A DNA stretch of 64,000 nt from Candidatus Parcubacteria bacterium (GCA_027450205.1 DAIDJL010000004.1:75932-139931), one strand, 5' to 3'. Positions 18,327 through 28,254 are shown, counted from the stretch's first letter. Translations and numbers: made by a program. Notes: generated from the sequence alone by a model not told the origin.

Positions 18327-20732
18327 ATGGCGACCTTTTATTTATTTCTAGGGATCGTACTCGGCGCGGTCATCGTGGCCGTGGCGTTCTTCATCATTCG
18401 TGCATTTGCCCGCCGCCGCATTTTCGACTCCCTGCAGACATCTCTTTTTTTGATAAGGATCCCGAAGGCGGCGCCGGCGGACCGGTCGCCCGCCGGCGGC
18501 GAGGGCAGCGACTTCAAGACGGAGCTTGCGCACTTCGAGCAGCTGCTTGGCGGCCTGTCTGCCATCAAAAAACCGATCGTGTTCGAGGTGGCGGTGCCGC
18601 ATATCGGCGAAGAGATCCATTTTTATATCGGTGTCCCGAAGCTTTCCGCCGAAGTGGCGATGAAGCAGGTCCAGGGATTATGGAACGGTGCGAGCGTTGA
18701 GCTCGTACAGGACGATTTCAATATCTTCAACGCGAACGGCGCGACCGTTGCGGCGTATGTGGCGCAGAAAGAGCATTACGCGCTGCCGGTGCGGACGTAC
18801 GCGGAGCTTGGCGTGGATTCATTCGAGTCTATCGTGGGTGCGTTCGCGAAGATCAGCGAGATCGGCGAGGGCGCATCGCTCCAGCTCGTGGTGCGCGCGG
18901 CATCGGGCGGCTACAAGAAGGAGATCTATCACTATATTGAGGCATTAAAGAAGGGCGAGCCGATCAAGAAAGTTCTGGGTAAGAGCATTGTCTCCGGCGT
19001 CAGCGCGTCCGACGTTGCGGACGTCTTCAATCCAAAAACAAAAGAGGAGCAAGCGGAGGAAAAAGCAAAGCGCGTGGTGGATGACGAGGCGGTGAAAGCG
19101 CTGCAACTCAAAGTGGCGAAACCGCTCTTTGAGGTGAACTTGCGGCTGGTGGCGTCCGCCGGGTCGCCATTCCAGGCAAACGATATCCTGGACGGGCTTA
19201 CGGCGGGGTTCAGCCAGTTCGGCAGCCCGATGCGCAACGATTTTCGGATCGTAAAGCCGCGCAATCCGAAAAATATCGTGAATGACTTCATCTATCGCAT
19301 GTTCGATGACGGAGAAAAAATGCTGCTGTCGAGCGAAGAGATCGCGAGCATCTGGCATCTGCCGATTTCGTCCACCGAGACGCCGCGTGTGAAGTGGCTT
19401 AAAGCAAAGGAAGCCCCGCCGCCGGACAACCTTCCGAACAAGGGCCTTCTTATCGGCGATGCGACGTTTCGCGGGGCGGCAAAGCCGGTGTACATCACGG
19501 ATGACGACCGGCGCCGGCATATATATGTGATCGGACAGACCGGCACCGGAAAATCCACTTTGCTCGGCAATATGATCATTGAGGATATCCAGTCCGGCAA
19601 GGGCGTGGCGATCATCGATCCGCACGGCGATTTGGTGGAGAACGCGCTCGGCTTCGTGCCGAAGGAGCGGCTGGACGACGTCATCTACTTCAATCCCGGC
19701 GACCTCGAGCGCCCGCTCGGGCTCAATATGATCGATTTCAATCCGGCGCGGCCGGAAGAGAAGACGTTCATCGTAAACGAGATGCAGAGCATCTTCAACA
19801 AGCTGTTTTCACAGGAAACGATGGGTCCGATGTTCGAGCAGTACATGCGTAATGCGCTGTTGCTCATGATGGAGGACGCCGCGAATGAACCCGCCACACT
19901 CGTGGAGGTGCCGCGCATCTTTACCGACGTGGAGTATCGCAAGCGCAAGCTCGCGCGTATCCATAATCCCGTCGTCATAGACTTCTGGGAGAAGGAGGCG
20001 GTGAAGGCCGGCGGCGAAGCATCGCTCGCGAACATGACGCCGTACATCACGTCAAAATTCAACAATTTCATCTCCAACGATTATATGCGGCCGATCATCG
20101 GCCAGCCCAGGTCCGCGTTCAACTTCCGCGACGTGATGGATAATAAAAAAATATTGCTTATCAACTTGTCGAAGGGAAAGATAGGGGACATCAATGCCGG
20201 TTTGCTCGGTATGGTCTTCACGGGGAAGATCCTCATGGCGGCACTTTCGCGCGTGGACATTGCGGACGCGGACAAGCGCACCGACTTCAATTTATATATA
20301 GATGAGTTCCAAAACTTCACCACCGATTCCATCGCGACGATCCTTTCTGAAGCGCGCAAGTACCGCCTGAATCTCACGATGGCGCACCAGTTTATCGCCC
20401 AGCTGGAGGAAAAGATCAAAGACGCCGTTTTCGGCAACGTGGGTTCCGAGCTTGTGTTCCGCGTCGGCGTGACCGATGCCGAATTTCTCGTGAAGCAGTT
20501 CGAGCCCGCATTCAACCAGAACGACCTCGTGAACATCGACAACCTCAACGCATACGCGAAGATCCTGATCAACGGGCAGACATCGAAGCCGTTCAACCTC
20601 AAGATCGGCACCACATCATGGGGCGGCGGCAATAAAGAGCTTGCGGAGAAATTAAAGCAATATTCGCGGATGAAGTATGGCCAGGACCGCCAGGCGATCG
20701 AGGATGATATTTTCAGGAGGCTGCGTTCGTAG
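18327..20732 (+). CDS. TraG/VirD4/HerA-like ATPase with N-terminal TM and extra domain
   Basis: GQTGTGKST, IDPHGD, YIDEFQNF, LSEARKY. Confidence 0.88.
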   Translation: MATFYLFLGIVLGAVIVAVAFFIIRAFARRRIFDSLQTSLFLIRIPKAAPADRSPAGGEGSDFKTELAHFEQLLGGLSAIKKPIVFEVAVPHIGEEIHFYIGVPKLSAEVAMKQVQGLWNGASVELVQDDFNIFNANGATVAAYVAQKEHYALPVRTYAELGVDSFESIVGAFAKISEIGEGASLQLVVRAASGGYKKEIYHYIEALKKGEPIKKVLGKSIVSGVSASDVADVFNPKTKEEQAEEKAKRVVDDEAVKALQLKVAKPLFEVNLRLVASAGSPFQANDILDGLTAGFSQFGSPMRNDFRIVKPRNPKNIVNDFIYRMFDDGEKMLLSSEEIASIWHLPISSTETPRVKWLKAKEAPPPDNLPNKGLLIGDATFRGAAKPVYITDDDRRRHIYVIGQTGTGKSTLLGNMIIEDIQSGKGVAIIDPHGDLVENALGFVPKERLDDVIYFNPGDLERPLGLNMIDFNPARPEEKTFIVNEMQSIFNKLFSQETMGPMFEQYMRNALLLMMEDAANEPATLVEVPRIFTDVEYRKRKLARIHNPVVIDFWEKEAVKAGGEASLANMTPYITSKFNNFISNDYMRPIIGQPRSAFNFRDVMDNKKILLINLSKGKIGDINAGLLGMVFTGKILMAALSRVDIADADKRTDFNLYIDEFQNFTTDSIATILSEARKYRLNLTMAHQFIAQLEEKIKDAVFGNVGSELVFRVGVTDAEFLVKQFEPAFNQNDLVNIDNLNAYAKILINGQTSKPFNLKIGTTSWGGGNKELAEKLKQYSRMKYGQDRQAIEDDIFRRLRS

Positions 20733-20769
20733 GGTGTATTGACAGAATAATGATATATGCTATACTGAT

Positions 20770-21030
20770 AGCAGTATTATTTTTTTGGCTGGGCATTTTA
20801 GGGCTGTGTGTTCGCCGAATGATATTCTGGAATATCATTATCCGATGTCCATGCAAGCGTGCGCCTTGCCAATATGCGCACTGGTGAGGGAGGCGGGGCT
20901 CTCACTAACTTTGCCAACCGGCTGGACAATGGGTCAAGACCGGACCCTATCACCGATTTCCAGGATCGGGGATCCGTCCAAACTTCGCAGCATGCCGCAA
21001 GGGCAGCCACATTGGTGGCTGCCCTTTCTT
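20770..21030 (+). ncRNA. Candidate structured non-coding RNA
   Basis: Promoter TTGACA 20739 / TATACT 20761, at least five hairpins, terminator 21001-21030, no credible ORF. Confidence 0.45.
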
Positions 21031-21122
21031 ATTTTCAGCTCTTTCAATTCGCTATGTTTGACATTTCTTGTGTTCGTGTTATATAATATTCATCGGAACC
21101 TAATATATGCAGGAGGGGTGAG

Positions 21123-21584
21123 ATGGTCCAAAAGGCAATCCCTATTTGCGGAATTCCGGCGCGTGTTCGTCGCTGGGAATATTTACAGCAGCGGGCGTCT
21201 TTTGGGAATCTGCGCATCCCCGAAAGACTACTGAAACAAAAAGCGAGCGCCGATGCCCTCTTGAAGCTTTTTCAAGAGAAAAAACGCCGGCAAAAATTTT
21301 TGGATCAAGCACTGCATCGGTATAGCATCGTTTGTAACCAACTCGAGCAAATCTTGATCCTCTCCGATAGGATGAAGATCCTGGAGAGGGAGTTTCTCGC
21401 AATACCGTTCCGCGATGACATTTTCGAGAAGCAAAGGAGGCTTCGTTCGTTATTTTCCACGTGCAGGGGCCAGATTCGGGAAGGGAACGTGGCGGGTATC
21501 CAGTCTGCGATCGGTGAAATAGAAGCGGAACTCGCGGGCGTCAAAGTAAGCTATTTCCCCAGACGCATCGCTTCGGCAAAATAG
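21123..21584 (+). CDS. Basic helical hypothetical protein (solo cassette)
   Basis: TTGACA promoter at 21058, AGGAGG SD, terminator 21601-21646. Confidence 0.65.
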   Translation: MVQKAIPICGIPARVRRWEYLQQRASFGNLRIPERLLKQKASADALLKLFQEKKRRQKFLDQALHRYSIVCNQLEQILILSDRMKILEREFLAIPFRDDIFEKQRRLRSLFSTCRGQIREGNVAGIQSAIGEIEAELAGVKVSYFPRRIASAK

Positions 21585-21687
21585 TTTCGTGGTCAAAACC
21601 GACGACGGGTTGCATGCAGTAATTGCATACCCGTCGTCTTTTTTTTGCGTGCGTGAATAGTTCCGGATATTTTGATAAACTAGGAGC

Positions 21688-22782
21688 ATGATCAAATATC
21701 TCAGTGCGGCCGGTCCGAAGGCGCTTGCGGGAACGGCATTGCTCCGTCTCGATTTTAATACCAAAGACGACTGGCGGATGCGTGCGGTACTTCCGACCAT
21801 TGCGCTATTATTGAAGCATTCGGGGAGGATCGTGGTCGTGAGCCATCGGGGCCGGCCGCAGGGGTTCGATGGGGCATTGAGCCTTCGCGGCGACGCGGTA
21901 AAGCTTTCAAGACTGCTTGGCGGAAAAAGAGTGACGTTCATCGACCATTTCCGTTTTGCGGAAATAAAGGCGCAGGTGGCCGCCGCGCCGCGTGGTTCGA
22001 TCTTCCTGCTCGACAATCTGCGATTCCTGCCCGGCGAGGAGAAGAACGATCCGGCGTTGGCGAGGCGGCTTGCCTCACTTGCGGATTTCTATGTGAATGA
22101 CGCTTTTGCCGTTTCTCATCGGGCGAATGCCTCGGTTGTCGCCGTTACGAAATGCTTGCCGAGCTATGCGGGCATTGAAATGGAAAATGAGATCGTGTCG
22201 CTCGGGAAGGCGACCATGCGGCCAAAGCATCCGGTGGTGCTCGTGCTCGGCGGCGCAAAGGCGGCTGATAAGCTCGGGGTCATTTCATATTTCAAGAATA
22301 AGGCGGACTGGTTCTTGCTCGGCGGCGGGAGCGCGAACACGATCCTGTGGCTGAAGGGGGTTGATGTCAAGAGATCCGTTAAGGACAGCGATCCGGATGA
22401 GCTCCCGGCGTTAAAGAAGGTCGCAGCGTATAAGAGCGTGATCTCGCCGTCGGATTTCGTGTGGAACAAGGAAATGATCCTGGATGTCGGCCCGAAAACC
22501 GTGCGCGCTTTCAGTAAAAAGATCGCAACGGCGCGGACGGTGATCTGGAGCGGTCCGCTCGGTTTTATTGAAAAAAAGCAGTATGCCAAGGCGAGCATCG
22601 CCATTGCGCGGGCGATCGGCAGGAATCGCCGCGCGTTTTCCATTTCCGGCGGCGGAGAGACCGTGATGTTCCTCAAGCAGTACAAGCTTGATAAAAAGTT
22701 CAGTTTTATTTCCACCGGCGGCGGCGCCATGATAGATTATTTGGCGGGCAAAAAATTACCCGGCATTGAGGCGCTGAAATAA
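21688..22782 (+). CDS. pgk: Phosphoglycerate kinase
   Basis: RLDFN, SHRGRP, NLRF, NDAFAVSHR, ISTGGGA. Confidence 0.95.
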   Translation: MIKYLSAAGPKALAGTALLRLDFNTKDDWRMRAVLPTIALLLKHSGRIVVVSHRGRPQGFDGALSLRGDAVKLSRLLGGKRVTFIDHFRFAEIKAQVAAAPRGSIFLLDNLRFLPGEEKNDPALARRLASLADFYVNDAFAVSHRANASVVAVTKCLPSYAGIEMENEIVSLGKATMRPKHPVVLVLGGAKAADKLGVISYFKNKADWFLLGGGSANTILWLKGVDVKRSVKDSDPDELPALKKVAAYKSVISPSDFVWNKEMILDVGPKTVRAFSKKIATARTVIWSGPLGFIEKKQYAKASIAIARAIGRNRRAFSISGGGETVMFLKQYKLDKKFSFISTGGGAMIDYLAGKKLPGIEALK

Positions 22783-22796
22783 GCCATTATAATAAT

Positions 22797-23705
22797 ATGA
22801 AAAGATCCCTCATAAAAAAATCATCGTCCACGGCAGGTGTCCCCAGACAGAAAATCATAGTTATCTATCACGGCAAGTGTCCCGACGGGTTTGGCGGCGC
22901 ATGGGCGGCGTGGAAGAAATTCGGCGCCGCAGCGGCATATGTTGCGGCGCGCGACCGCAGCGGCCCGCCGTTCCCGATCAAAAACAAGATCGTCTATATC
23001 ATCGACTATACCTATGATGCGCCGATCATCAAAAAGCTTATCAAAGATAATATCCGCGTGACGGCGATAGACCATCATATCAGCCAGGCGGAGTCCGTAA
23101 AACTCACCGAAAAATATCTGTATGATGTAAAACATTCCGGCGCGACGCTTGCGTGGCAGTATTTTCATCCCGGCAAAAAAATGCCCCAGCTCCTGCGCTA
23201 TGTGGAAGACCGCGATATTTGGAAGTGGAATGTGCCGCATGCGCGTGAAATGCTTATGCTCATCGATCTTGCGCCGTTCGAGTTCAAGGCGTGGAGCCGG
23301 CTTGCGAAAGATATTGACGACCCGCACACGCATGCAACGTATATAAAGAAAGGCGCGCTGCTCGCATTGCATTACCGCTCGCTCTATGAAAAGCTTTTGC
23401 CGAATGCCGAGCCGGTGCGGTTCGCGGGGCACAAGATCTATGCGCTCAACTGCCCGTATTATTTTGCGGATGACCTCGGGCATGAGCTTGCCGCCAAAAC
23501 GAAGACCTTCTCGCTCTTATGGAACGAGTCCGGCGGAAGGATCCGCGTCTCGCTCCGCTCCGCGGGCAGGATAGACGTCGCAAAGATCGCAAAAAAATAT
23601 GGCGGGGGAGGTCACAAGCAGTCGTCCGGATTCTCGTTCCGGGTCGGCGCGAAAACACCATGGAAGCTGTTGCCGGCGGCTTTTAGCAAGGAGCGCGCTT
23701 CGTAA
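22797..23705 (+). CDS. DHH/DHHA1 phosphoesterase
   Basis: YHGKCPDG, IDHH, SLRS, GGGGH. Confidence 0.9.
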   Translation: MKRSLIKKSSSTAGVPRQKIIVIYHGKCPDGFGGAWAAWKKFGAAAAYVAARDRSGPPFPIKNKIVYIIDYTYDAPIIKKLIKDNIRVTAIDHHISQAESVKLTEKYLYDVKHSGATLAWQYFHPGKKMPQLLRYVEDRDIWKWNVPHAREMLMLIDLAPFEFKAWSRLAKDIDDPHTHATYIKKGALLALHYRSLYEKLLPNAEPVRFAGHKIYALNCPYYFADDLGHELAAKTKTFSLLWNESGGRIRVSLRSAGRIDVAKIAKKYGGGGHKQSSGFSFRVGAKTPWKLLPAAFSKERAS

Positions 23706-23727
23706 CCTCGCCATTGTGCCGCATATC

Positions 23728-24378
23728 ATGCCTGCAAAAAAGAAAAAATTTTATGCTTATTTCGTCCCGTCCTCCGGCGCAAAGGCGGCCGGTGCGGCGG
23801 GAAAACAAGGCATCACCGATGATTGGGCGGTGTGCGAGGAATTCGTTTCGGGCAAAGCCGGCGCGCGGTTCAAATCGTTCGACAGTAGGAATGATGCGGA
23901 GGCATGGCTTAAGCACGGCGCGCAGTATGAGGTAAAGGCCGCGGAGCCCGCGCCGCGGCTTGAGCGCGGCATTTATTTCGACGCGGGTACCGGCCGCGGC
24001 GCGGGAGTGGAGATCAGCGTGACCGACGAGCGCGGAAAAAACCTTTTACATAAAGTGATCGCGGCGAAGGGGTTGAACAGGTTTGGCAAGCATTTGCTTA
24101 ACAACGACGATGCGACCAATAACTATGGCGAACTGCTTGCGCTCAGTTACGCTCTTGTGATCGCTCGTGAGACGCACATCAAAAAGATCTTCGGTGACAG
24201 CAGGCTGGTCATAGAATTCTGGTCGCGGTGGCGCATGAAACGGAAAGCGCTGCCGGAGGAAACGGTTGCGCTCGCGGATGAGGTATCGCGCGCGCGAGAG
24301 GCGTTCGAGAAGGCTGGCGGGAGCGTTGAAAGGATCTCCGGCGATTTTAATCCCGCCGATCTTGGATTCCATAGGTAG
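23728..24378 (+). CDS. Ribonuclease HI-like protein with viroplasmin-type N-terminal domain
   Basis: W..C...V.G..GARFKSF; YFDAG, TNNYGEL, GDSRLV, NPAD. Confidence 0.85.
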   Translation: MPAKKKKFYAYFVPSSGAKAAGAAGKQGITDDWAVCEEFVSGKAGARFKSFDSRNDAEAWLKHGAQYEVKAAEPAPRLERGIYFDAGTGRGAGVEISVTDERGKNLLHKVIAAKGLNRFGKHLLNNDDATNNYGELLALSYALVIARETHIKKIFGDSRLVIEFWSRWRMKRKALPEETVALADEVSRAREAFEKAGGSVERISGDFNPADLGFHR

Positions 24379-24443
24379 TTGTGGTAGTGGATAAAAAAAT
24401 CGGCGGACGCATCATGATAGATGCGACCGCCGGGCCTTTCCTG

Positions 24444-24773
24444 CTATGTATGCCGTCTTTTGACCGCCTTTGGCATAAAGAGGGTGTGGAGATCGACGTC
24501 GAGCGCCACCGCGATGCGGATAAGTTCGCCAAGATCGGGATTTCCGTTTCCATCTTCGATGTCCCGAAGCGCATTGAGGGTAATGCCTATCCGGCGCGCG
24601 AACTCTTTTTGCGTAGGGGATGATCTCTCATCGCCGCCAAGGTGCCTTCGTCCATACCAGACGTTTTGTGCGAGTATATCGCTTGGTCCGGGGAGTGATC
24701 GCGGGCGGATGCGCGGAAGAGGTTCCGGTTCTGGTGCGTGGATCTCGGGTTTTTCGGGCGGGTGGTGTGGCAA
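24444..24773 (-). CDS. XRE-family HTH protein
   Basis: TQKEFARRIGITLNALRDIEDGNGNPDLGELIRIAVAL. Confidence 0.8.
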   Translation of the reverse strand: MPHHPPEKPEIHAPEPEPLPRIRPRSLPGPSDILAQNVWYGRRHLGGDERSSPTQKEFARRIGITLNALRDIEDGNGNPDLGELIRIAVALDVDLHTLFMPKAVKRRHT

Positions 24774-24897
24774 GATTTTTGACTCCGATCAGTGAGATAA
24801 AAAGCAGACCTTATGATATATCATTGATCCGGTATGTCAATAAAAAAAGCCGGCGCTGGGGGATGGCGCCGGACTTTGGTGGGTGAGAGATCGGCGA

Positions 24898-25266
24898 TCA
24901 TTCGCCTTCGACAAATACAATGTGGATCCCCGCGCGAAGGAGATCCTCCAAAATGACCGCGGCGCCGCATGTCATCTCTTTTCCGTTCAGTCGGAACGAC
25001 AGATCGTAGCCGAATGTCCTGGCGAGCCGATAGAGCGTCTGGACGGTGACATGCTTTTTTGTGTGCATGCCTCGTTCGATGTGAACGAGGGTTTTCAAAG
25101 AGACCCTTGACCATCGCGACAGCCAAAGATTGCCAAACCCCCTGTTGCGCAGCACGTTGTTGAGTGTACCCGCCAATTCATGGCGCAGATAGCACTGTTT
25201 GTCGACACTGACATCCTTTGTTCTTTCGGGAAAGGTTCCTGCAATTTCGATCGCTACATCGGACAT
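24898..25266 (-). CDS. XRE-like HTH protein
   Basis: LSRWSRVSLKTLVHIERG...VTVQTLYRLARTFG; GAAGGGAG SD. Confidence 0.7.
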   Translation of the reverse strand: MSDVAIEIAGTFPERTKDVSVDKQCYLRHELAGTLNNVLRNRGFGNLWLSRWSRVSLKTLVHIERGMHTKKHVTVQTLYRLARTFGYDLSFRLNGKEMTCGAAVILEDLLRAGIHIVFVEGE

Positions 25267-25337
25267 TTTTTCTCCCTTCAGAATACGCCACCGTGGCGTT
25301 ACTATGCCGCTTTTTATCGTACAAATAAGCCCCACGA

Positions 25338-25366
25338 TTGTCAATAAATTTGTGATGTGCTACAAT
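25338..25366 (+). promoter_or_regulatory. sigma70 promoter of rnpB
   Basis: TTGTCA-17-TACAAT with extended -10 TG. Confidence 0.75.
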
Positions 25367-25372
25367 ATTTCT

Positions 25373-25836
25373 GCTGGTCATTCAGACGGTCGCTGCGCCA
25401 TGCGATGCCCTTAAAAGCAGAGTTCGCGCAGAGGAAAGTCCGGACACCCTCCGGTGTCGCCATAACCGGCGCCGGATAAAAAGGTAGCGGCTAACGGCCG
25501 CCGTTTGCAAGAATAGAGGTGCGAGCAGTGACGCCCGCGGACGCATGTCCGCTTGATAGGCCGGAAACGGCCTGGGGGACCCCATCCCGAGCTAGAAGGT
25601 CCAATTCCGCCATAGGGACAAAAAAGCGGAAGTGAAACGGCAAAATCCTTACTGGGTGCAAGGCCGTGCTCTCGTGCGATCCGCAAGGAAAATACGGGAG
25701 AGTGCCGCAGCGGTTCCGCGCGCAAGCGCGGCACCCGAGCCCGCGAGCGATCAAGGGCACAGATAAATGACCGTCCATCGGTGAGCGCTTTTACCGGCGC
25801 CGCCGGTCGACAGAATCCGGCTTATGGATTGCCAGC
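25373..25836 (+). ncRNA. rnpB: RNase P RNA
   Basis: GAGGAAAGTCCGG at 25431, ACAGAATCCGGCTTAT at 25810, P1 pairing GCTGGTCATTCA/TGGATTGCCAGC. Confidence 0.95.
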
Positions 25837-26216
25837 CTTAGACGTCCCAGCAATGGGGCGTTTTTGATTTATTTGACAGTTCTTATAGATATGCTATAAT
25901 TCTCAACAGTTCCTAAGACGGCTACGGTCTAAAGAACTGCTTTACGAGCGCTTCAGTGGCCGTTCCAAAAGACGTTTCTCGGTCTGCGGGATGTAATACA
26001 GGGATACTTCGGAAGCATGACGACTTCTTGGTGCCCGAGGGAATCTGTCGAAGTCAATCTGCGAGTGGTAGGAAAACCATCTCGCAGATGGCATCATATA
26101 TCTCATACATAAAAGGGCGCACCAGCACTATCTGGAGCGCCCTTTATCTTTTGTATATATTTCGAGCGGGGACACTGAAATCATTAAACCTGATTAAATA
26201 GCCGTTCCCCTTAAGT

Positions 26217-26270
26217 GAATCCGGCTTACGGATTGCCAGCCTGAAACGTCCCAGTAATGGGGCGTTTTTG
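26217..26270 (+). repeat. rnpB 3'-end duplication plus terminator (copy 2)
   Basis: GAATCCGGCTTACGGATTGCCAGCCT..ACGTCCCAGTAATGGGGCGTTTTT nearly identical to 25813-25866. Confidence 0.93.
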
Positions 26271-26325
26271 TTTGACTAGCCTCCAATATTTTTCTATAGT
26301 CTACGCAGCAGAAAAGAGGTGAGGT

Positions 26326-26799
26326 ATGATTGGAGTTCAACCGAAAATTGATAAACCATACGCGGAAATTGACCGACGGGGCGGTCGTGCTGCTATTGTC
26401 GAGCCAAGCGGCAAGCTCTGGATTGTGGACATTGCTGACGGGAACCCGCTTCAGGACGGCGAAGGTGTCCATATGGGAATGTTCCTACAACCGGGGATGA
26501 CGCGCCTTGAGTTCAAGGAAGCTGGCGAATTCCCATTTGTAGCACTCATCAATTACATACGGCAGGCCTATTTTCAGGAGAGCTGCCTTATGATGGTCCT
26601 GTTGGCCATTGACCCTCATCTTGGTAGCGGGCTTCGTACGGAGGCGCTCACTATGGCAACAGCGTTTATGAAAACACCCGGTACCAAGGACTGGATTGTC
26701 CAGCGATTGGCCGAGATGCTCCCGAATCTGGACGCCGATGTCGCAGGGTTGCCCCATTGCCAATTGAAGACGCTCCTTCGGGGAGTGCAGCAAAACTGA
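26326..26799 (+). CDS. Hypothetical cassette protein
   Basis: TTGACT-17-TATAGT promoter, GAGGTGAGG SD, conserved hairpin after the stop. Confidence 0.75.
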   Translation: MIGVQPKIDKPYAEIDRRGGRAAIVEPSGKLWIVDIADGNPLQDGEGVHMGMFLQPGMTRLEFKEAGEFPFVALINYIRQAYFQESCLMMVLLAIDPHLGSGLRTEALTMATAFMKTPGTKDWIVQRLAEMLPNLDADVAGLPHCQLKTLLRGVQQN

Positions 26800-26923
26800 C
26801 GCTAGGGGCGCGCCAGCAATAACCGGTGCGCCCTTTCTCTTTGCCCAACACTCAATAACCCCGTCTAAAAAGCGGGGTTTTTAGTTGGGGATGTGCGGGA
26901 AAGCTGCAGGTGGGGGCTACCTT

Positions 26924-27565
26924 TTACACGCCGCTTACTTTTGGTTTTAGCTTTTTATATAAGCTAATAGTGTTCACAAAAAGGTTGATTTTCTTATTTC
27001 TGTTTAAAACATAGACGTAGGCATTGCCCTCAACGAAGCCGCAAAAGGCGGGAGCAATTGGGGTTTCAATAATCTCAAGCTTTGCGGTTCCATGCTCTAA
27101 GGCCGTTGCAATGATTTCCAGGCTATTAGCGCATGCGATTACACTAGAAAGAATATCGGCATTTTCCCCATAGAAGGATTCCCACGCCTTGATTCCTTGA
27201 CTGAACTCTGGCGACTTGGAGGCTTCCTCTGCGTTAAAATTCCGCATCTCTAGGTTTGGCAATGAACCATGCTGTCTGCTATTGATTATAAGGCGAAAAC
27301 CATCGCTATCGGCTAAAAATTTTTCGAAGTGTCTTAGCTCTTCTATGGCTACAGTTTCTCTCGTAAGGGCTGTCTGTTTTCTCTGTTCGGATATTTGAGC
27401 GAGGGCGTAGATTGCGATAGGAATCAATGAAATCTGGGCGGCGGCTGACAGCCCGGCAATCCACAGAGTTACGCTACTGTTAAGCGCCACAAAGGTTACG
27501 ATGCCACATATTATCCCTACGCAGATTCCTACGGCAACCGCTCTAATCGTACTCGTCACATTCAT
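26924..27565 (-). CDS. Membrane-anchored protein, possibly DUF4760-like
   Basis: Two N-terminal TMs; ANSLEIIATALEHG resembles the DUF4760 core; AT-rich. Confidence 0.6.
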   Translation of the reverse strand: MNVTSTIRAVAVGICVGIICGIVTFVALNSSVTLWIAGLSAAAQISLIPIAIYALAQISEQRKQTALTRETVAIEELRHFEKFLADSDGFRLIINSRQHGSLPNLEMRNFNAEEASKSPEFSQGIKAWESFYGENADILSSVIACANSLEIIATALEHGTAKLEIIETPIAPAFCGFVEGNAYVYVLNRNKKINLFVNTISLYKKLKPKVSGV

Positions 27566-27635
27566 GCTTCAATCCTACGCCCATGTTAGAGTTCGTCAAA
27601 CTTGCGGATTTTTGCCTAAGGCGTAAGCTTTTGGC

Positions 27636-28013
27636 ATGAACGACAAGAAGGAGGAAGAGCAATACCTACAAGAAGATAAGGACCTTTTGGAGGAGCTGGA
27701 AGCAATCGGACCAGCCAGCACGGGTACTGCAGCAACAATGCAGGCATACAAATTCGCACGACTACAAATCAAAGCATCACTGCGTAGCCGTAAGACCTCT
27801 AATGACCTCATCCGGTCAAACGAAAAGTTCTCTATCGCGCTCATTGCATTCGCATTTGCTCAGCTCATACTTGGCCTTTTTCAATTCCTTTTTGATGCAA
27901 GCACGTCCACCCATCAAATACTGGGATTTTTCTACGCGATTATAGCGGCAGGTATGGTGGTTTATGTATTTATATTGGGGGATTTTGATTTAGAAGCTGC
28001 TTTGTTATACTGA
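27636..28013 (+). CDS. Hypothetical protein with two C-terminal TM helices
   Basis: 125-aa AT-rich ORF. Confidence 0.6.
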   Translation: MNDKKEEEQYLQEDKDLLEELEAIGPASTGTAATMQAYKFARLQIKASLRSRKTSNDLIRSNEKFSIALIAFAFAQLILGLFQFLFDASTSTHQILGFFYAIIAAGMVVYVFILGDFDLEAALLY

Positions 28014-28032
28014 ACCTAGTTGTTGTAACGGA

Positions 28033-28200
28033 TTTCCAGTGGGCGGAGTTTGCCCATAAGCTCTACGGAGGAAATCGGAACATCGATACTGGAATGAAGG
28101 CAAGCAGCCCGGAGCTAGCTGGTAGGGTAACGGCCTACCTGGGCGATGATGGGTAAAAATGGGGCGATACCGCGTGCACACGGTCGCCCCCTTTAATTTT
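28033..28200 (+). ncRNA. Candidate structured RNA containing a 16S helix-11-like segment
   Basis: TTCCAGT..ACTGGAA multibranch; 28113-28155 is 35/43 identical to 16S 45443-45485; GGGGCGA..TCGCCCC-TTT terminator. Confidence 0.45.
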
Positions 28201-28203
28201 TTA

Positions 28204-28254
28204 GCTTATGGATTGCCAGCCGAGAACAGCTTCAGCAATGGAGCTGTTTTTGTT
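28204..28254 (+). repeat. rnpB 3'-end duplication plus terminator (copy 3)
   Basis: GCTTATGGATTGCCAGCC-GAGAACAGCTTCAGCAATGGAGCTGTTTTT. Confidence 0.9.

Noticed and set aside
25411-25778. ORFs overlapping rnpB
   Set aside because: Shadow ORFs of the RNase P RNA.
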